From Octopus sinensis (Eukaryota): 64,000 bases of DNA. Shown one piece after another: positions 51,787 through 64,000 of this stretch (its first letter is position 1; every line of letters begins with the position of its first letter). Position numbers and translations under genes: made by a program. The notes under the pieces are model-generated. The model was not told the DNA's origin. It searched no databases and saw only the letters and a list, made by a program, of their open reading frames with translations. The stretch is from the NCBI RefSeq assembly GCF_006345805.1, contig NC_043010.1, positions 14,818,001 through 14,882,000 of the forward strand, read 5' to 3'.

Positions 51787-52089
51787 TCTTTATATATAAA
51801 ATTGAAGTTGTGTGTGAGACTCTGTCTCCTCCGATTTAGGTTCCTAACTACTCCCACATTTTGCGGTGCAGTTTAACCAAAAGCGGGTATCTTATAGTCG
51901 TCATTCATATCGAGCCCCTCTGGGTATTAGCGCGCGTCTACGATGAGTCTACGATTAAAAAAAAAATTACCATCATTTTTCCGCATTTTTAATGATTTTT
52001 GCTCGGGCTATATAAGGGAAGTAACTCTCTAAAATGCTTATATAGTTATTTCCCTTACAAACCCGAGCAACGCCGGGCGATATTGCTAG
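51787..52089 (+). mobile_element. Non-autonomous Helitron (different body, same 3' end as 50132-50519)
   Basis: A|TCTTTATATATAAAA 5' end. The same 3' block tagttatttcccttacaaacccgagcaacgccgggcgata, ending CTAG|T. Confidence 0.85.
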
Positions 52090-53209
52090 TTAGAAATAAA
52101 TATCGAACCAACGCTAAGAGAAGTGGGGGATTTCATATTGACGGTTATCGTATATGGTCGCGAGAAATCAGTATGTACGTACAAGTCCTAATGCCTCTTG
52201 AAATCTGCAGGGATATTCCGGAACTGGTGCCGAAAGAAGAGGAATGCAACTAGCTATTTGACATGAGGCAGTAAAAGCTGTCTTGCCCGAGGTAAAAAGA
52301 AGGTAAAAATGGAAACTAGCGAGAGATAACGGCATCAGATCAAGTAAAAAGCAACAACAGCAACATGGAAAGATCTGAAAGCTACTGTTCCAACAGCGTT
52401 GTCAATTGAAATCCGATAGAGTAAGTCGCCTTGCCTTTCTATCCTAAAACCTGACGAAATCGAATCCTTTTTCGCTTCGCAATAGTAACATCCTAAGCTC
52501 TTGCGAAGTTTGGGAGCAAAAATAGTGGCTGGAGAAATGTGGAAGACGGAAATAAGAGTAGGAAACGGAAAAAGAGACAGGACAATAAGAGTAATTATCG
52601 GCAGAAGACATGTAAGATGTTGAGAGATGAAACCGCCCCAACAGTGACGCTCAATTGTGTCTTAGACCAGGCCCTCCAGGACTTAACTATAACGAAAATA
52701 CTAACAGGTATATTTGGATGCACCTCTTTTCAATACCATACTGGCAAGTGGGTGGTTTGGTAAGTGTGCTCTTTCCCAAACTAACGAGTAGGTTCTCATA
52801 CTCATACATGTGTATGTGGGTAACTCTCTTTGTTTAAATGTTCTTTAAATGACAACTTTGTAAATTATTGAATGTTTTTGTATAAACATACACGTATAAT
52901 CTCTAATTTATATAAATATGGTTAACGTGTTCATATATATTATAACGTCTGTATCCTTTCCCCCGTTTTATGTAACTTTGTTTTGCACATACACACGTTT
53001 TTATCTCATGCGTATAACATTTACATTGCATGCCAAGAAAAACCCTGTCGGCAAAGGAAAAAAGTTTATCGTCATTATCCTAATCATCACCATCAACATC
53101 ACCCCCACCTCCACCACCTCTACCATCCTCATCATCATCATTCATTTACACACAACAGACTGTGGGAAAAGAAAAATTCCTAACATTGAGCTTTAAAAAA
53201 TAACCTTAG

Positions 53210-54090
53210 ATGCCAAGAACCCTCCTAAGTATCTTAAGCTGTCCTTAATAGCACTGTATTCTTGAGCTCTGCTAAATTGCGTTTTATGCCTATTTCCTTT
53301 ATCTATCTGTTCAAATCTTTAGGGATAGTTCCTAATGCACATAGGTGAACTACTGGGATACATTTTACCCGCAATTTCTATAATCTTTGTAATTCAATGG
53401 CTATTTGTTCTATACCTCTCATATCGATTTTCTCATTGTTTGGAACTGTAAAGTCAGTTATCTGGTACTTTTTATTCTCTTTATCTACTACTACCAAATC
53501 AGGCCTTCTAACTTCTATTTGTCAGTCTGAATGTTAAAGTCCCACATCTTGTATTTCTTACTTTCTAGTACTCTACTAAGTTCATGTTCATACCGTTTAT
53601 CAGTATGGTCAAATCCGAGCTTTCTACATTGCACCCAATGGATTACTCTTCCTAGATTGCCATGTCATTTCTTGTTTTCTTTGTGCCACCATGGTACATT
53701 CACTTACCATATGAGTGACACTTTCCTCTTTTGATTTGAATAACCTACATTGGGAATCTATTTACTTTTTGTCTATCTTGGCGTTTATCCAATTAGTCCT
53801 TAATGCTTGATGTTGTGCTGCTACAGACAAACTTTCTGTCTCTCTTTTCAACCTTCATTTCTGCAACCATAACCATGTCACACTATTACTATTTACTGCT
53901 ACTATCTTTGTGAACCTACCATGCTAAGCCTTCTTCTAACAGTCAGATAACTTTTGTTCTTTTTCTGTTTTTTAACTTCGTTTAGTTTTTGGTTTCCCTA
54001 TGTTTTCCTGTGAGTCTAGCAGCTCTTAATAATCTTTCTTCACTATTGCCTACATAGGAATCTATATCTATTCTAGCTAACTCTACGCAG
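53210..54090 (-). mobile_element. Decayed R4/Dong LINE C-terminus (CCHC knuckle plus RLE endonuclease)
   Basis: Minus strand RLKRETESLSVAAQHQALRTNW...CRLFKSKEESVTHMVSEC...VIHW...WDFNIQTD...RRPDLVVVDKE...DFTVP...LGTIPK. Many stops. Confidence 0.85.
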
Positions 54091-54679
54091 TCTTCTATTG
54101 ATATTAGTCATCTTTCCCACCTCCCACTCCACCTCCTCCTCCTCCTCCTCCTGCTCCATCATGGTAGTCGTAGTCGCCATGATAATTATCATCATCAATG
54201 TCATCACCACCATCATCATCGTAATGTGGTTATGTTTGTATGTATGTATGTATGTATGTGTGTATACAAGCGTTTTAGTCTACGTATGTATGAATGTATA
54301 TATGGATGGATGGATGGTGTAGGTGTTATCTAATATGTATTTTTATATGTATGCATTGAAGAATCTTAGCATATATGTATTGATGTCCGCTCGAATGTAT
54401 GTTTATCTGTGTGTTTGTATATATATATATATAAATTGAATTACAGACAAAACCACTATTAGGCAACTCAAACAGTGATAGACATAAACCAAAACATAAA
54501 AACAAATAATAAATATAATTAATATGATATAAAATATATATAAAAAATAAATTTAAAATTTAAATTATTAAAATTTGAAATTTAAAACTTTATATTTATA
54601 AATTTTTATATTTTAAATATTAAATTTTTTATTCGTATATACACATGAACATTTATGTACAAATAATGGTACACATCTA

Positions 54680-54724
54680 CACTTGCGTACAGACAATTCA
54701 TAATATATATAACTTATATACATA

Positions 54725-54763
<39 letters not shown>

Positions 54764-54977
54764 TATTTATGTGTGTGTATGTGTGAGCCTGTATATATAT
54801 ATATATATATATATATTTACATGTATGTGTGTGTATATATATATATATACATATATATACATATATATATATGTATATTATATATATTTATATGTATATA
54901 TATATACATACATACATGTAAATATACATACATACACGCACACACAAACATATATATATACAGACACACACACACAC

Positions 54978-55018
<41 letters not shown>

Positions 55019-55020
55019 AG
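54680..55020. repeat. (TA)n/(TG)n microsatellite
   Basis: Direct read. Confidence 0.9.
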
Positions 55021-55362
55021 TTTATATATATTTATGAATATGTCTGTACGTAAGTATAGATGTGTACCATTATTTTCACATAAGTGTTCATGCGTATATA
55101 CGAATGTCGGCTGCGTGTATTTATATGGAATTAATAGCTGAATAGCTAAGAATAATATTTGTCCATTTTACAAGAGAATGCATGCACCATTCTCTGCCCA
55201 ACAAAACGACACACTTCCAAATAATCTCTGACAATGGAAAACAAGTTTAATTTTGGCACTTTCTGTATTTATTTAACTGAGAAGAAATCAGGAAAATTTT
55301 CAATGAAATTGCTTTCGTGTAAGCGTTAATTGAACATTGCTGCCGACGTTGTTGAGCTGACT

Positions 55363-55557
55363 GTAGTAGTAGTAGTAGTAGTATTAGTAGTAGTAGTGGT
55401 AGAAGAAGAAGAAGAAGAAGTAGAAGTAGTTGTAATAGTAGTAGTAGTAGTAGTAGTAGTAGTAGAGGAAGAAGAAGTAGAAGTAGTAATAGTAGTAGTG
55501 TTAGTAGTAGCAGTAGTAGTATTAGTAGTAGTAGTAGAAGAAGTAGAAGTAGAAGAA

Positions 55558-55602
<45 letters not shown>

Positions 55603-55606
55603 TAGT
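55363..55606. repeat. (GTA)n/(GAA)n compound trinucleotide microsatellite
   Basis: Direct read. Confidence 0.95.
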
Positions 55607-55754
55607 AGCGGTGGTTGTGCGTTGTTTTCGTTCATGGTTGTTGGCGGCCACAATGATATTTTCGGTAGCGAAGATACTGTCGCTGTTGTCGTTTCGGTGG
55701 TGTTAAGGACGATGTTGAGGATGTAGTTATTGTTGTTGTCGTTGTTGCTGCTGT

Positions 55755-56075
55755 ATACATACATACATGCATACATACGTACATATATACGTAGCTGCAT
55801 ATACATACATATATATACATATATATATATATGCACACACATATATATACATATATATATATATATATGCACACACATAATATACATATATATATATATA
55901 TCTATATATATACATACACACATGTATATGTGAGTATGTGTATGCATATATATATATCTGTGCGTATGTATGTAATATATATGTGTATATATATATACCC
56001 ACACACATATATTATATGTACATACACTCATACATTCATGCATACATACCTATATGCATATATACATGCATGCCT

Positions 56076-56118
<43 letters not shown>

Positions 56119-56520
56119 TATACATTGCATATATACACTATATATACATATATACATTCTTATATAAAAAATATATATGCATATATATATATATAATATA
56201 TATATATATAATATAATATTATATATAACACATATATATACTATGCATATATACACATATATATACATTTATATTCTTCTATAAAATATATCTGCATATA
56301 TATTTATTATATATATATATATATTATACATATACACATATGTATATGTGAGTGTGTATGCATATATATATCTGGTGTAATATATATATATACACATACA
56401 CACACACATATGTATATGTATACCCGCGTAACACACACACACACACCACACACACACACACCACACACAACATATTATATATATATATATACAGCATACA
56501 CATATATATGTATACACAGT
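55755..56520. repeat. (TA/CA/TACA) microsatellite block
   Basis: Direct read. Confidence 0.9.
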
Positions 56521-58173
56521 CACTATAAACTGTTGTAATTGTCGTTGTTGCTTCTGCTATACTCTTTGATTTAACTGTTTGTTACTGAAACGAACTTTCC
56601 TTTACGCTAAATATTTTAACTGCCAACCTTATATTGCAATTAGAACTATGAATATTTACCATTCATAAAAAAACTCATTGGTCTAATTAAATTGAAATAC
56701 AACAGTTGTATTCGTCTGGCGATATAGAACGCATATACGCACTAGCACACACACACACATACAAACACACACACACACTCACACACGCACTTACATACAC
56801 GCGCACGCACATATATACTGAAATATTTTCATATACATCTCTTCAATATCTATCTTCTCCTCTCTCTCTTAATATACCCCACATATCCACACACGTACGT
56901 ACGCGTGAATTGTATACCTATATGCATCTATAAGTATGTCTACATGCGTATTCGTGTTTGCATACACGCACATGCACACACACACACGCATATATATTTT
57001 GCTAGGAGTAGTAAGAACACACGAAAAACCACTCAACGCCGTTATTAATATATTCATTACTGTTCATATCGTAATGTTATTCATTTATTCATTCATTATA
57101 TATATTCATAATTGTTAAAATTGACTCTTCCATTACTTCAAGATTCGCGCTGACAAAGCATTCAACATTTATATAAGAACATTCGAAAGTCTATTACTTC
57201 CCAGTTGACATCACAATGGTTAACCCATCGTTCTTTAAATTACCATACATATTTGGACAACGCTGTGTGATATTTTCTTTTTCTCGTGTTCGAAGTGAGC
57301 CTTAAAGCTGACTGCACTAATTATGCACTAATTATGCACTAATTATGCTGTGGTTTCGCGCTTATCATGAAACTTGTTCGAAAATCCACCTTCGCTTTGA
57401 AGATAATTTCTTTATTTATATATTTTCCATTTAGAGGACTGGTTTTCTTTGTCTATTGAAGGGACAAGCTCTATCGTTCTAGAATTGCATTCACTTTCCC
57501 GGATGAGGTCGTTACCATTGTGTGGAGTTTCCGCTTTTCTAGCAGATCTGTGACAAAAGTTATTCCAGACATGGCTATCCGATTTACTTACAGACTCAAT
57601 ATATCTAGTGTTCCGTTGGTAGAAATATAATAAGACATTACGTAAGGAAGTGCTTACTGCTATTTCTAGCAAATCGAGCGACTACATTAAGGCTCTTTCG
57701 TCTTGTTTATTGCATGTTATTCTAACTGGCTACTTCGAGCTTTATTCGACATTATTTTGACTTTCGTGAATTTACCTTGAATTTATTAATGAACTTAAAC
57801 TAGTTATGGTTGATTAAGAAATATTTGACTAGAGCTAAGGATTTCCTATTATGTGTTTGAGTTAAACCACAATATCACCAAGTATAACTGCAATATGGTA
57901 TGTTGCTGTTGAGACACAGATCATCTTAGCTCGAATTGACTAATGATCGAACATGTTGTATGCGTAACCAGTTCGTAATTTTATTTATGAAGGTCTATAA
58001 AACCCAACAAATTCTTTAGATTTTGAAAATCAAACAACAGTAGATTATTATTTATGAGAAATTTAGCCATTGTTTTAATTCAAGCTGATCGGCCGATCGC
58101 ATGCAGCAGAGCTGAGGTAACATTTTAGTACCAGTCTCGAACTGCAAGGGCCAAAAATAAATAAATAAATGTT

Positions 58174-58590
58174 AGGCGCAGGAGTGGCTGTGTGGTAAGT
58201 AGCTTGCTAACCAACCACATGGCTTCGGGTTCAGTCCCACTGCGTGGCATCTTGGGCAAGTGTCTTCTGCTATAGCCCCAGGCCGACAATGCCTTGTGAG
58301 TGGATTTGGTAGACGGAAACTGAAAGAAGCCTGTCGTTATATATGTATATATATATATGTAGTGTGTGTGTGGTGTGTGTCTGTGTTTGTCACCCTAGCA
58401 TTGCTTGACAACCGATGCTGGTGTGTTTACGTCCCCGTCACTTAGCGGTTCAGCAAAAGAGACCGATAGAATAAGTACTGGGCTTACAAAGGAATAAGTC
58501 CCGGGGTCGATTTGCTCGACTAAAGGCGGTGCTCCAGCATGGCCGCAGTCGAATGGCTGAAACAAGTAAAAGAGTAAAGAGTAAAGAGTA
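58174..58590 (+). mobile_element. SINE family C
   Basis: Full-length match. Confidence 0.92.
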
Positions 58591-58849
58591 AATAAATAAA
58601 AGCTGAAAAACTAAGAAACGAAACAAATCCCCACAATCTATGGAAGTATAGCTGTGCTGAGAAAAATACTATTAATCATTATTTTACAAATTCTGCGGTT
58701 AACTTTATTATATTACCGTTTAGATTTTTCAAGCTAAAATCGTGTTTTCTTTGAGCCTCCATCAGCTGACAGTTCCATATTTGAATGTTAGCTCGAGTTA
58801 ATGTGTGGTTGTGCTCTATAGATAAGGCTGTATTTTGACGTGGCTGTAT

Positions 58850-59745
58850 ATTGGTTGGCATCCTTTTCGTCTCGGGAGACAATGGAGTTGCGCATAAAAT
58901 AGTCCAGTCCGGCTTTTACATTTCATGTCCTGATACATTTCCTGCTGTGGCTGTGTAGTCCTATCCTGGACAAACACTCCCTCTGGCAGGTACCGCAAAT
59001 GTAGCGAAGACTATTCCTGGCTGGTTGTAATGTCATAGTTTCTTGTTGACGTCTTTTCTTGTCTTTCCATTTCTCCTGTCTCTCTCTGTCACTCCTTTGT
59101 ATTCCCTCTTTTACGGTACGTCGCCAGTCTCCACGGTTGCCGGCAACTGCCTCCCAACCGCTAATATTGATGTTGCAGGCCTTCATGTCCCTTTTGCAAA
59201 CATCCTTGTATCTTAAGAACGGTCTACCACAGAGCTAGTACCCTAGCAAGCTCTCCGTAGAGTATGTCCTTGGGGATTCTGCCATCTCTCATACGGCTAA
59301 CATGCCCAAGCCATCTACATACGTCTTTGTGTGAGGAGTGCAAAACATGCTTGGTATTCCTGCTTGCCTGAGGACATCTTTGTTGGGGATAGGATTCTGC
59401 CATTTGATGCGGAGGATTTTCCGGAGGCAGCGCAGGTGAAGATATTTAGGCGACGCTCTTGGCGTGTGTATAGGTCCAAGTCTCACTTCCATACAGTAGA
59501 GTGCTAGTACACATGTCTGGTAGATCTTCATTTTCGTGCGTCTTGGTCAGCTTATTGTTGTCCCATGCCCGTTTGGAGAGTTGGGCCGCAGCAGCTGCCT
59601 TGCCAATGCGTATATTGACTCAGCGTCAAGGGATAGGTGTAGGTGACGGGTTAGAGCCACAATAGGTAAACTTCTCCACCTCCTGTAATCTGTGGTCTCC
59701 AATATGTATGTTTGGGATGTCCGATGATGTTGGTCTTCATGATGT
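58850..59745 (-). mobile_element. RTE (BovB-like) LINE, 5'-truncated 3' part
   Basis: LQEVEKFTY...TKMKIYQTCVL...HLRCLRKILRIKWQ...RFLRYKDVCKRDMKACNI...WEAVAGNRGDWRRTV...CGTCQRECLSRIGLHSH. Confidence 0.88.
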
Positions 59746-60385
59746 GGCTATATGGGTAAGGCTGTGTTTTGATGTGGTAAACCCACGTAACACTACCAGT
59801 ATTTCTGTCGTAATATTGTTCTAAGAACATATTTTCCATAAATGGTGTTTAATACCGTCTCGCCATGTTGAAAAAAAAAACAAAAACAAACACAAAACAG
59901 TCACGACTTTTATTTAAAAATAGTTATAGAAATTAATGAATAGACTGGTATCAAAACCAGTAATTATTGTAATACAATGAAAAAAATAGCAAATATTATA
60001 AAAGATTGTTGTTTAATAACCATAGAGAAAATTAACGGTGAATAATTTTATAATAATCATAGGACTAAAAGCTTTCACACACACACACACACACACACAT
60101 AGATATATAGCTACAAAGAAATATACACAGACAGATACATTCACTCCAATGCTCATATACATTCACACATATATATTTTAGTTATATTCTCTTTATATTC
60201 ATTCATCCGTGTATATACATGTGGAATACGAGAGAGTGTATAAGTGTGCTTATGGGGCTGTATGTTTGTTTTACACATACACACATATAAATGCATTGCA
60301 ATTAATCAATTTATGTTGCATAAATATTTCTTGTGTGTTGTGTGTGTATATATATATGTTTATTTATTCATTTATTTATATGATA

Positions 60386-60435
<50 letters not shown>

Positions 60436-60834
60436 ATAATATAAATTATTATTTATATGATATGTGTGTGTGTACGTGTACGTGTGTCTGTATTTTGTTT
60501 ATCACTTGCCGTAATAAAGCGTAAATTCATTTAATCCATTTTAATATTATGCGTAAATTATAAATATATAATGAAATTCTTCATAGACCTAATCTAATGG
60601 GGCCGGATTATTTATAAAAGTTTTGTAAATTCATTTAAAATCTATTTCCCAGATACACGCAACACACTTTTCCTTATACTCAATGCTCAACTTTACGCTA
60701 GTTCAATACTAACAGCAATATCAAGTTTGTAACAGGTTGACGGAAGAGTGTCCGAAAGGCATCGTGTAACATGCTCTTATTTTCCTATGTACTGTGAAAC
60801 TTTGTATGGATAAGTTACAAAAAACGATAAACGT

Positions 60835-61156
60835 CGCCCTTTTCTAGCCTAGCTAGGCTCATGGGCCCGGTTTCCCGGTTTCTGTGGCGTATATGTTCCC
60901 CTGAGCTGGAAGGGACGCCAGTCTATCGCATCGTTACTCACAGAACAGAGACGAGAGAGGGTGAGAGAAAGTTTGTGCTGCGAGAGAGGTACAAAGGGGT
61001 CACCACCACCCACTGCCGGAGCCTCGTGGAGCTTTTTAGGTGTTTTCGCTAAATAACCACAAACACACCCGGTATGGGAATCGAACCAAGCGATCCGCCC
61101 TCCCCCCCCAAGACCTCCGCATTCAGCTGCCCTAACCACTGGGCCATTGAGCCTCA
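60835..61156 (-). mobile_element. Diverged family A/B-type SINE
   Basis: Head gaggctcaatggcccagtggttagggcagc and a family-B-like tail actggcgtcccttccag...gaaaccgggaaaccgggcccatgagcc. Confidence 0.8.
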
Positions 61157-61164
61157 ACAGGATA

Positions 61165-61302
61165 AGTTATATATATATATATCTATCTATATATCTATAT
61201 ATATATACAATAATCTTATATATATATATTATATATATATATATATTGATAGATAGATTAGATATAGACAGATATTATATATATAATATATATAATATAT
61301 AT

Positions 61303-61352
<50 letters not shown>

Positions 61353-61483
61353 ATTATATTATATACATACATAATATCATTATATATACCTATATTATAT
61401 ATATCTATATATATATATAATTATATATATATATATATATTATATATATATATTATATATATATAATATATATATATATATAT

Positions 61484-61544
<61 letters not shown>

Positions 61545-61560
61545 ATATATAATATATCTA
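61165..61560. repeat. (TA)n microsatellite
   Basis: Direct read. Confidence 0.93.
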
Positions 61561-61574
61561 TAAACTTATCCATT

Positions 61575-61680
61575 GGAGGCTCAATGGCTCAGTGGTTAGG
61601 GCAGCGAACTCGCGGTCGGAATCGAATCGCGGTTTCGATTCCCCATACCGGGGCGTGTGGTGTGTTTATTTAGCGAAAAC
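61575..61680 (+). mobile_element. Family A/B SINE head only
   Basis: ggaggctcaatggctcagtggttagggcagcg...gtgtttatttagcgaaaac. Confidence 0.78.
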
Positions 61681-62236
61681 AGGATTTCATAGGCCGAGTA
61701 TACCGTCATCAAATGTTACAGTGAAGGAATATTATTCATTAATGATCATATTGTAGTTTATTTTGTCGGGAAAAGAAGGAGAAATTCAATAAAAATCCAA
61801 TTAAAATAGGTTTTCGTTAGGTAGGTCCGTAAACAAATGAAGAAACCTGGTAATGTCCATTAGTGGAATCAAAAAAGAAAGAATGGCTTGATTTGGCGAG
61901 GGGAAACAAGATATTACCAGTTCCAATGTATATAGTTGTTGTTCATTAAAATCCAATGATTTGTCTGTTTATTTGAATCATTGACTCCATATCTGCTCAC
62001 TTGGATTCCCTTATATATACACTTTACCCTCATGACTTGGTCCTCGGTAAACATATCAGAGTGTAAGTTGCAATCATTTGAGCGCTACAAGATGTTTTCT
62101 GTATCAAGCGTCCAATCAAGCATCACAAATGTTGGTATGTGTACTGGCACTGCAAACACATAGTAGGCCACTGTTTTATAGGTCACTATATATATTTATA
62201 TATATTATATAATTATATATATATATATATATATAC

Positions 62237-62275
<39 letters not shown>

Positions 62276-62927
62276 TATAAAGACAGACAAGACGGACAAA
62301 TAAACGCGATATGAACGCCCGTTTTTGCAGACATTCTCTGCACCGCACACCTCCACACGGTCATTTATATACAACACGAAAGATCACCTTGTCTACTACA
62401 CGCACGAAAACAATCGTAATAACACATTTTTTTTACGGCGGATCTCATGTGCATAATTTTAAAAGTAGGCAACGATGTGGCCATCTTTAGTTCACGTGAC
62501 ACGTCTAACGATTTTCCGGTTTCAAGAGTACAACCATTATCGACAAAGCAGCCAAGTTGACAATCGAATAAACGAAAGCAAAACGTCAGCAGCTGCTTAT
62601 TGAGAGGCTGTTATTAACAAGAATGCGCAAACACAAATACCTACATACATACACGCGGCTAGATACACTCACATACACACAGACACACGCATACAGGCAG
62701 GCAGAAAGATAGACTGACACTAACTCCCTATATCATTCTCGCACATATATATCCTACACAGATTTAGAAAGGACGAAAATACGCTCATGCCCATATTCCT
62801 GGATGCACATATATTTATATTCAACCGATATAAACATTCGCTTAAACACACACACACACACACACACCACACACACACACACACATACACACACACAAAC
62901 ACGCACACACACACACAGACACACACA

Positions 62928-63334
62928 TCTCTTTTAGTCTTTTACTTATTTCAGTCATTTGACTGCGGCCATGCTGGAGCACCGCCTTTAGTCGAGCAAA
63001 TCGACTCCGGGACTTATTCTTTTGTAAGCCCAGTACTTATTCTATCGGTCTGTTTTGCCGAACCGCTAAGTGACGGGGACGTAAACATACCAGCATCGGT
63101 TGTCAAGCAATGCTAGAGGGACAAACACAGACACACAAACATATACATACACATACATACACATACATATATACATATATACGACAGGCTTCTTTCAGTT
63201 TCCGTCTACCAAATCCAGTCACAAGGCTTTGGTCGGCCCGAGGCTATAGTAGAAGACACTTGCCCAAGATGCCACGCAGTGGGACTGAACCCGGAACCAT
63301 GTGGTCGGTAAACAAGCTACTTACCACACAGCCA
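62928..63334 (-). mobile_element. SINE family C
   Basis: Full-length match. Confidence 0.9.
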
Positions 63335-63505
63335 TAAAATTTTAAATATATGTATACACTTGCTGGTAAGCCGTTTAAATTAAGTTACTCTCTTCAGCGA
63401 TCGGATGTCATAAAAAATATGAATATAAGTACCACTGGATTTACTTCAGGAATTCTTTCGTATTCGTAGAGGGTATAATATGAGAGAAAGATATACATTT
63501 ATTAG

Positions 63506-63552
63506 TCACTACGATCGTTTCGACCAATCGTGCATCGGCCCCTCGTCGGTGA
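63506..63552 (-). ncRNA. Degenerate minimal type I hammerhead (one core base missing)
   Basis: Minus strand tcac-CGACGA-ggggcc gatgcacgatt ggtc-GAAA-CGATCGT-A-gtga. Stem I is tcac/gtga and stem III is the palindrome ACGAUCGU. The U of CUGACGA is absent. Confidence 0.55.
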
Positions 63553-63903
63553 GAATCTATACAACTGATTGTGATGCATCATTCGGTGCAGTGTATTTCG
63601 ACAGGTGACTTTTGAGAAGGTCCTTCGCTCTTTCAACTTCGCTTCGTTAATTGGAATGATTTAGAATGTAAAGCCGTTCATTTATAAGGTAATGAGCTTA
63701 CTTACAATTAATCATAAATAAAATACGTATATAAAAATTAAAATATAAAAGTATGTAATGAGTAGGTTAATCAAGTACTATGCTTACGCTAATGAATCGA
63801 TACCTTAAGTTAATGATGAGACGACCATGTATGAGACGAAGTGACAAAATGCAAAAACTATATTTAAGGTGCCATTCGGTGACTGCAATATTTTATGGGG
63901 TAA

Positions 63904-63940
<37 letters not shown>

Positions 63941-63941
63941 G

Positions 63942-64000
63942 GGGGAAGGTTTACGAAAATAAACAAAAGACGAAGGCAGGTGGAGTACATACAAACAAAT
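63942..64000 (-). mobile_element. Second copy of the 18752-18930 element (cut by the window edge)
   Basis: tttacgaaaataaacaaaagacgaaggcaggtggagtaca is identical to about 18770-18809. Confidence 0.8.

Noticed and set aside
55247-55651. Poly-Leu and poly-Val/Glu ORFs
   Set aside because: They are translations of (GTA)n/(GAA)n repeats.
57412-57672. 86-aa minus-strand ORF with protein-like composition (possible terminal exon)
   Set aside because: It has a non-ATG start, an in-frame stop just upstream, no polypyrimidine acceptor and no recognisable domain. A tBLASTn or RNA-seq check is needed before calling it.
58066-58120. Possible 32-bp plus-strand micro-exon (ttcaag|CTGATC...GCTGAG|gtaaca)
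   Set aside because: The splice signals are plausible but expected by chance at this length, and no partner exons were identified.

Overview
This is a repeat-saturated, AT-rich animal genomic window. It is most likely cephalopod (octopus-like), inferred from the tRNA-derived SINE families and the extreme TA/CA/ATGT microsatellite load. I found no intact host protein-coding gene, and nearly all ORFs in the supplied track are microsatellite translations. Content: four SINE families (about 35 copies, several with clear TSDs); decayed LINE fragments (Tx1/L1-like, R4/Dong, RTE, HERO); a 5'-truncated Penelope/Neptune element with RT and GIY-YIG remnants; two decayed mariners, one carrying a nested Chapaev-like insert; several MITEs; and two non-autonomous Helitrons. 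The most interesting signal is a set of type I hammerhead ribozyme motifs on Penelope-type terminal repeats. They occur in two divergent inverted structures: around the Neptune element (3.8-8.2 kb), and in an ORF-less near-perfect palindrome of about 3.5 kb (19.0-22.5 kb) with a hammerhead at each outer end. All family assignments come from motif recognition by eye, not database searches. Coordinates of degenerate elements are approximate.
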